A DNA stretch of 42,958 nucleotides from a virus. Taxonomy: Duplodnaviria; Caudoviricetes. Each line of letters begins with the position of its first letter. The first letter of the stretch is position 1. The translations under genes were made by a program, and so were the position numbers. The notes under the pieces were generated by a model that saw only the letters and a list, made by a program, of their open reading frames with translations, was not told where the DNA came from and did not search any database. The stretch spans positions 1 through 42,958 of the IMG/VR virus record IMGVR_UViG_3300012936_006732; one strand, 5' to 3'. This document shows positions 37,911 to 42,958 of this stretch, piece after piece.

Positions 37911-38963
37911 TTAAGCTACGTCTTCTTTGGATATGCCAAGTACCCTAGCCTTCCAATCTGGCATTGACTCAAGTTCTTGCGCTTCTTTTTTAGCAGCTTT
38001 TCTTTGTAGCTCGGCGATTTTAACCATAACCTTTCTCTCCTCTTCTTCTTGAAAGAGCTGTACAAGCGCAAGTATGCTAGAGTTTTGTCGCTGTTTGTTT
38101 GCGATTCTTTTAGACCTGTCTCCCTGTAGTTTTTGAATTAGGGACTCCATTCTTTTTTCGCACTGATTATATTCTTCACTTTTCGTTTTTAGAAGTTCGG
38201 CGAGCCTTACGGTCAGATCTTGCTGATCTTCAGTGTCGTCAAACATTCTATTCAACTTATTTATAGCACCTTGAATATTTTTCAAGTGAATGTAATCCAT
38301 GCAGACATTTATATATAAATTTATCTCATCTGAGGTTAAATCAGGCTTGTCCCAAGTAGCTCTTATGAATTCTGCTTCAAATAAATCTCTATCTTCTGAG
38401 CTGGTATAATTATTTATAATCTGTATAAATCTCGGTGAAGCCAAAAACTTACCAAGCGATTCCACGCTTTTTCTATCTCCGACATTAAGTTTTTTTTCAT
38501 CAATATCGGTTGAGCAATAATCGTTTATTTTTTTAATTATTTTGCTTGCAGCCTTAGGGGGAGAGTATTTTTTTCCGACAGCGTCTTCGGAAGGGTGAAC
38601 GACCAACGCTTCATTCCCATCAATAAACGATAAGACTGCCTCGTATTCTTTGCTTGTCCCCGTAATATTAGTCTCAGGAAAAAGCATTCCAGCAATCTGA
38701 AAAGCATTTAAGCCATCTCCAGAATTTTGAGATATAAATTCTTTTTGAGAGTCATCAAGAGCAATACTTTGCTTTGGTAATATATGTTTTGTCTTGTAAT
38801 TTATGCCTTCTGATAATAAAAATTCTCTTACGGCCCTACCTTCTTTACTTCTTCCGTCAAGCCCTTGCTTATCTGGAAATACCAAAGAGGTCAATTCTGT
38901 TAAATCAGATATCGATTCGGAATTTTCTATTATAATTTGTTTCTGAGCATCACTTAGTTCCAT
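37911..38963 (-). CDS. Hypothetical protein with C-terminal coiled coil (terminase small subunit candidate, by position only)
   Basis: Two repeated N-terminal helical units (LSDAQKQII / LDDSQKEFI), upstream of the nuclease and terL. Confidence 0.55.
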   Translation of the reverse strand: MELSDAQKQIIIENSESISDLTELTSLVFPDKQGLDGRSKEGRAVREFLLSEGINYKTKHILPKQSIALDDSQKEFISQNSGDGLNAFQIAGMLFPETNITGTSKEYEAVLSFIDGNEALVVHPSEDAVGKKYSPPKAASKIIKKINDYCSTDIDEKKLNVGDRKSVESLGKFLASPRFIQIINNYTSSEDRDLFEAEFIRATWDKPDLTSDEINLYINVCMDYIHLKNIQGAINKLNRMFDDTEDQQDLTVRLAELLKTKSEEYNQCEKRMESLIQKLQGDRSKRIANKQRQNSSILALVQLFQEEEERKVMVKIAELQRKAAKKEAQELESMPDWKARVLGISKEDVA

Positions 38964-39694
38964 AGTATTCCACCCTTTACTGGGATTATATCTTCACGCT
39001 CTAAAATGGACTGAGCCTTTTCTTTGAAGACCTTTTTTAAATTTTTAATTTGTTTGTATCCTGCCTTTCTGCCCTTTTCTGAGGTTTTATATCCCATTAT
39101 TTTGGCGACGACCTCTTCTTCTTTATGCTGTACGAACAAGAGATCGTATACAATATATTGCTTTTGAGATAGCTCTTTTTTCATAAAAACATTGAGCTTT
39201 TCCTGGGCGCTCATCAGATCAAAAGATTGGTCTGGCATTGCTCCTACCTCGTGAGAATGATACTCCAAAGTAAGCGCCATTTTTATATCGTAAGCAGATT
39301 TTTTAGTTCTCTCCCATTTTGCATAAAGAGGACAAGTCGAATCCTGTAGACCACTTTTCGTAAAACCGCATAAAGAATTTGAAGAACCGTCTTTTACTGC
39401 ACACTGATTAAAAGGGCAATTCAAACATGGCCTAACAAAATTACTATAGTTGTTACGAAGAATGTTCTTCATTTGATTGGTAATTATTTTATTTACCCAA
39501 GGCTTTAGAGATCTTTTTTGATCCCACTGATCCCATTTTTTATAAATATGGGCTTTTATAATTTGCTCAACATCTTCAAAGTCAAACCACGCAAGAGAAT
39601 CTAAAAACCACTTGCCTCTTCTCTTTTTTATTTCAACATCTATTTCGTCGGCCTTATCTTCATAAGAGAGTTTATGTTTTTCTTGGCCTGCCAC
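38954..39694 (-). CDS. Phage-encoded sigma70-family (ECF-like) factor with Cys-rich insertion
   Basis: Region 2-like DFEDVEQII..HIYKKW..WD..RSLKPWVNKIITNQMKNILR and region 4-like LSQKQYIVYDLLF...EVVAKIMG. GTG 39694 is a likelier start than 39763. Confidence 0.72.
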   Translation of the reverse strand: MAGQEKHKLSYEDKADEIDVEIKKRRGKWFLDSLAWFDFEDVEQIIKAHIYKKWDQWDQKRSLKPWVNKIITNQMKNILRNNYSNFVRPCLNCPFNQCAVKDGSSNSLCGFTKSGLQDSTCPLYAKWERTKKSAYDIKMALTLEYHSHEVGAMPDQSFDLMSAQEKLNVFMKKELSQKQYIVYDLLFVQHKEEEVVAKIMGYKTSEKGRKAGYKQIKNLKKVFKEKAQSILEREDIIPVKGGILWN

Positions 39695-40022
39695 GTTTTC
39701 TGGATTTTGATTTGGTTGCTTTTTTCCTAGTTGTTTTTTCTTGCTCTGGTTCGGGAAGAACATCTTTTAGATCAAAACTAATTTTTTCATGCTCAATTTC
39801 ATAAGCCAAAGATTGAATATTTGGCACAGAATATACATCCGTTCCTTCGGTACTCAAATCTTCGTTTTCTAATTCAACGCTTTTCTTAGGCCTCGTGGGT
39901 CTAGTTTTTGTAGCCACAGAAGAAGCGCTGCTCATTTGCTCTCCGCATCCTCCGCAAAAATTTGGAGGCTTTATAGAGTATAAATTTTTAAATCCACATT
40001 TTGGACAGTAACTGAATGCCAT
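39672..40022 (-). CDS. Zinc-ribbon protein with basic C-terminal tail
   Basis: CPKCG...FCGGCG and C-terminal RKRGRPRK (AT-hook-like). Confidence 0.7.
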   Translation of the reverse strand: MAFSYCPKCGFKNLYSIKPPNFCGGCGEQMSSASSVATKTRPTRPKKSVELENEDLSTEGTDVYSVPNIQSLAYEIEHEKISFDLKDVLPEPEQEKTTRKKATKSKSRKRGRPRKT

Positions 40023-40046
40023 AATATATTATAAAGAGTTAATTAA

Positions 40047-40643
40047 TTATATCAAATAACCACTTATAATTCTGGCTTGTCTTCGCATAAACTTTTCTAA
40101 ATCAGGTTCATCCCGACATATAGGAAAAGATTTTATCTTGGAAGTATATTCTATTCCAAGTATACCTATAACTTTTCCATTTAATGTTTTTATTGGTACA
40201 TTATAAATTGATTCTACGCCTTTGGTTTTTAGCATTTCTTTGAACGCTTGGTCTTGTATTTTATTTATGTCAAGGTATTTAAATTTTTCTTGTTTTATTA
40301 ATTTATGAATATATTGATTATAGTTGGATATCCTATGATTTTGTGAATTTAGCGCTTCTGCGCTAACTCCCGCCTTCACAAATTCATAAGTGCAACTAAA
40401 TTTTTGCTGACCTCTACCAGAGAAAAAATGCTCTCCATTATGGAATTCAAAAACATAAGACCTAGAGCATTCAGTCTGAGATTGTAGATAACCAAGGGCC
40501 TCGTATATATTGACCCCAGAAGCTGTTGCGCTTTCTACTGAGTTCTTTTTTTTATAATCAAAATGACTTTTGGCCCACATGGTTAGCATTCCTCCCATAG
40601 CTGATATAAGAGACGCGATGATGATAGCAATATTGTCGCTCAT
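40047..40643 (-). CDS. N-terminal TM plus GAF-like domain protein
   Basis: TM IAIIIASLISAMGGMLTMWA, then RSYVFEFHNG and GVESIYNVPIKTLNGKVIGILGIEY. Start reassigned to ATG 40643. Confidence 0.7.
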   Translation of the reverse strand: MSDNIAIIIASLISAMGGMLTMWAKSHFDYKKKNSVESATASGVNIYEALGYLQSQTECSRSYVFEFHNGEHFFSGRGQQKFSCTYEFVKAGVSAEALNSQNHRISNYNQYIHKLIKQEKFKYLDINKIQDQAFKEMLKTKGVESIYNVPIKTLNGKVIGILGIEYTSKIKSFPICRDEPDLEKFMRRQARIISGYLI

Positions 40644-40645
40644 TA

Positions 40646-40909
40646 TCACCTGTTTACACGCTTGGCAAGAAAACAAAATAAAATTATTAAAAATAGTATA
40701 GCTGCAAACGCTATGGATGGCCCAAATCCGTCAATCACAGAACTTGCACTAGAGGCTATCTCGAATTCCTCTGGAGATATACTCTTATCTTTGTCTAGAT
40801 CTATCTTGTTAAATTTTTTGGGACCATTGGAATTTATCTTTGAAGTTTTACTAACGCAAGAAAAAAACGAGAAAGAAAATAAAAATAAAAATATTTTATA
40901 AAAAATCAT
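40646..40909 (-). CDS. Small lipoprotein with an EF-hand loop and C-terminal TM (u-spanin-like architecture)
   Basis: Hydrophobic signal ending FFS-C, DLDKDKSISPEE, then a TM followed by KRVNR. ATGA overlap with the protease stop. Confidence 0.6.
   Translation of the reverse strand: MIFYKIFLFLFSFSFFSCVSKTSKINSNGPKKFNKIDLDKDKSISPEEFEIASSASSVIDGFGPSIAFAAILFLIILFCFLAKRVNR
40655..40659 (-). promoter_or_regulatory. GTGTA motif (putative late promoter)
   Basis: GTGTA-11 nt-ATG(40643). Confidence 0.5.
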
Positions 40910-42111
40910 TTTTCTAATTCGTATTTCTTGTTCCAGTCTACATTTCCGTTTTCATCAATGTACGGAGGATCAGGAATTTCTTCTTCATTTATCGCCCCAG
41001 ATATACCTATAGCTATCGCTGCTATCAAAAATACCCCGAGAATTATCCAGGCTACATTATTTTTCTTCTTTGGTCTCGACTTAGGCTTTTCTTTTTCCGG
41101 CGGAGGATCTTTTGGAGCTGGTGTGGGCGGCTCTGGCTTGGGCTCTGGCTTGGGCTCTGGCTTGGGCTCTGGCTTGGGCTCTGGCTTAGGAGCTGGTTCT
41201 TCTCCTTTGATTAATTTTTCGACATCAATTATACCGTAGCCCCAGGACTCGTCTCTCCCTAGCCTACCTTTATCCATAGTATACTTCAATAAATGCTCTC
41301 TGATCTGCTCGACAGTTTTACAGTCATTTTTACCTGTCTCCTTTTCTTGCTTCCTGTGTTTTGCGAGCATCAGGCACACAACTCCAGTTATGAACGGACA
41401 GGCCATACTTGTGCCACTAAGCGATCTGTACATACCGTTTAAAAAAGTGCTATAAATCTGAACCCCCGGAGCAGCCCATTCGACTTTTTCCCCTCTAGAT
41501 GAAAAACTAGCAATATTCCCGTGCTTGTCATGTGCTGCAACAGCAATTGTGTCATCAAATGCAGCGGGCCAATTAACACCTCCTTCTCCTGTATTTCCTG
41601 CTGCGCAGATAACAGGTATATTCATTGAATATAGTTTTTTAATTCTGGCTTCCATCTGAGCAGATGGAGCTCCCCCTCCAAGACTCATGCTAACAACGTC
41701 TGGCTTTACCTCAATCGCATAATCCAGAGCTTCAACTAATCCAGCGTAAGTTCCTCCGCCATTTTTGGCGAGAGCCTTTACAGATATACATTTGGCTTTC
41801 GGAGCAACGCCCACCATTCCAGTTTCATTATCTTTTGCACATATAATTCCCGCACAGTGAGTATGATGGCCATTTTCATCTTCAAGAGGTTCGTTTGGAA
41901 TGCAATTTTTTCCCTCTATAACATTATCTCCTAGATCTGGATGAACAGGATGACCAGTATCGATAACCATTGCGGTAATTCCTTCGCCTCTAGTTATAGA
42001 CCATGTGGTTGGAACATTCATTTGTCTTAAGCCCCAATCTATTCTCTGGCTTAACGAAGACAGCTCTTCGTTAACTTCGTAATCTGGTAATTTTATTTCT
42101 TCGTCCTTCAT
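40906..42111 (-). CDS. S8 subtilisin-like serine protease with Pro-rich linker and C-terminal TM anchor
   Basis: Catalytic triad VIDTG, GHHTHCAG, SGTSMACP and oxyanion AAGN. (PEPK)n linker and TM VAWIILGVFLIAAIAIGI. Confidence 0.92.
   Translation of the reverse strand: MKDEEIKLPDYEVNEELSSLSQRIDWGLRQMNVPTTWSITRGEGITAMVIDTGHPVHPDLGDNVIEGKNCIPNEPLEDENGHHTHCAGIICAKDNETGMVGVAPKAKCISVKALAKNGGGTYAGLVEALDYAIEVKPDVVSMSLGGGAPSAQMEARIKKLYSMNIPVICAAGNTGEGGVNWPAAFDDTIAVAAHDKHGNIASFSSRGEKVEWAAPGVQIYSTFLNGMYRSLSGTSMACPFITGVVCLMLAKHRKQEKETGKNDCKTVEQIREHLLKYTMDKGRLGRDESWGYGIIDVEKLIKGEEPAPKPEPKPEPKPEPKPEPKPEPPTPAPKDPPPEKEKPKSRPKKKNNVAWIILGVFLIAAIAIGISGAINEEEIPDPPYIDENGNVDWNKKYELEK
41129..41187. repeat. 12-bp tandem repeat, about 5 copies, encoding (PKPE)n
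   Basis: GGCTCTGGCTTG repeated on the + strand. Confidence 0.95.
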
Positions 42112-42545
42112 TATCTTTTCTTACTTGGTATAGCATAAAATCCTACAACCATAAAACATAAATCCATAAATGAAGCCAGCATAAGACCTCCAGTCATATG
42201 CACCATTTCCCATTCTTTTCCCCCAAAAATCCAAGAGAAGAATCCAAGCTTAGACCCCTCTCCTTTTGGAACAATCAAATTGTAGGTTATATCTGGATTC
42301 ATTGCGTAATAAATCATCAAGAAACACATAGTAAAAGTAATTGACATAAACAATACTCTTCGCGTTATTTTAACAAATGGATCGCTGGAATTACTTTTTT
42401 GACTCGCAATCAATGCGTCAAGCATTTTTTCGTCTCTTGCTGCCAGTGCCAATTGATCTTGTCTTTTTTGCTCTAGCCAGCTATTTATCAAATTGCAGGC
42501 AAGTTTTATTCCCGCTCCCATTATCGTATTTAATATAGGACCCAT
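42111..42545 (-). CDS. Multi-TM membrane protein, holin-like
   Basis: Amphipathic N-terminus, DPFVKITRR, two TMs and a basic C-terminus (PSKKR). TAATG coupling to the protease. Confidence 0.55.
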   Translation of the reverse strand: MGPILNTIMGAGIKLACNLINSWLEQKRQDQLALAARDEKMLDALIASQKSNSSDPFVKITRRVLFMSITFTMCFLMIYYAMNPDITYNLIVPKGEGSKLGFFSWIFGGKEWEMVHMTGGLMLASFMDLCFMVVGFYAIPSKKR

Positions 42546-42554
42546 GCCAATATA

Positions 42555-42588
42555 TACACATAAAGTGAATTTTTCGCATTAAAGTGTA
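42555..42588. promoter_or_regulatory. Back-to-back divergent GTGTA motifs
   Basis: Minus-strand GTGTA 42555-42559 is 9 nt from ATG 42545. Plus-strand GTGTA 42584-42588 is 10 nt from ATG 42599. Confidence 0.55.
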
Positions 42589-42598
42589 TAATATATTA

Positions 42599-42796
42599 AT
42601 GTCTAATAAATCAATACTACAGTTGCTTAGCGCTAACCTCAATTCGTATCAATCTACAAATTGGCTAAAAACGGAAAACGAGCGCCTTAACGGATCAACT
42701 CCAGCGGAGATGATGCTTGAAAATAAGGTAGAAAAAGTTATTAAAATACTTCCAGAGGAAATCGCTAGAATAAAAAATAAACCTAAAAAAAATTAG
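42599..42796 (+). CDS. Stand-alone MbcA/ParS/Xre antitoxin C-terminal-like domain (DUF2384-like)
   Basis: NWLKTENERLNGSTPAEMM...VEKVIKIL fits the WL..pN..LgG..P..ll pattern. Confidence 0.65.
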   Translation: MSNKSILQLLSANLNSYQSTNWLKTENERLNGSTPAEMMLENKVEKVIKILPEEIARIKNKPKKN

Positions 42797-42802
42797 AAAT
42801 CA

Positions 42803-42958
42803 TCAACCTTGAGAAAAGTATTCCCAAGTTGATGTATCGTAATTATAGAAGTAGGGGTAGACCTCAGGTGAGGTCCATTTCCATGAGCCCCAAAAATGAC
42901 ACCAAAGTCCTTCTGCCCTAGATACATAAATCCATGTATCGAAATTTAAATGGTAAAT
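42803..42958 (-). CDS. 3' end of a gene with a Trp/Tyr-rich C-terminal domain (truncated by the window edge)
   Basis: Translated by hand: IYHLNFDTWIYVSRAEGLWCHFWGSWKWTSPEVYPYFYNYDTSTWEYFSQG*. Confidence 0.65.
   Translation of the reverse strand: MYHLNFDTWIYVSRAEGLWCHFWGSWKWTSPEVYPYFYNYDTSTWEYFSQG

Noticed and set aside
1-42958. Stop-codon reassignment, tRNAs, integrase or att sites
   Set aside because: Standard code gives near-complete coding density with all three stops used. Intergenic gaps are short and no cloverleaf or integrase was seen by eye. tRNAscan was not run.

Overview
This AT-rich, densely coding 43 kb window is part of a large tailed dsDNA phage genome. It contains a LamG-repeat tail or receptor protein and a replication/recombination operon (RecA/UvsX, DnaB, DnaG, a PD-(D/E)XK nuclease, and a DnaE split into two genes with a separate DEDDh exonuclease). 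It also carries NrdA/NrdB, a ClpC-type ATPase, a head/packaging module (terminase, prohead protease-scaffold, decoration protein, major capsid), a phage-encoded sigma factor and a membrane/lysis-like cluster. Several genes point to a PVC-superphylum host, probably Verrucomicrobia (inference): a DUF1549/DUF1553 plus Tat-DUF1501 pair, a Chlamydia-like NrdB and a Trp-rich C-terminal domain. Four observations stand out. (1) Three promoter classes all predict leaderless or near-leaderless mRNAs: seven sigma70 promoters, one sigma54 promoter at hsp20, and a GTGTA-N9-12-ATG motif at 10 genes that may be read by the phage's Cys-insert sigma factor. (2) An exported envelope cassette encodes a beta-barrel, a small membrane protein, a heme-c PSD1-type protein and DUF1501. 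(3) NrdB lacks the radical tyrosine, like class Ic (Mn/Fe) enzymes. (4) A possible lysis cassette has holin-like and u-spanin-like genes flanking a membrane-anchored subtilisin where an endolysin would normally sit. All family calls come from motif recognition by eye. No database search was run.
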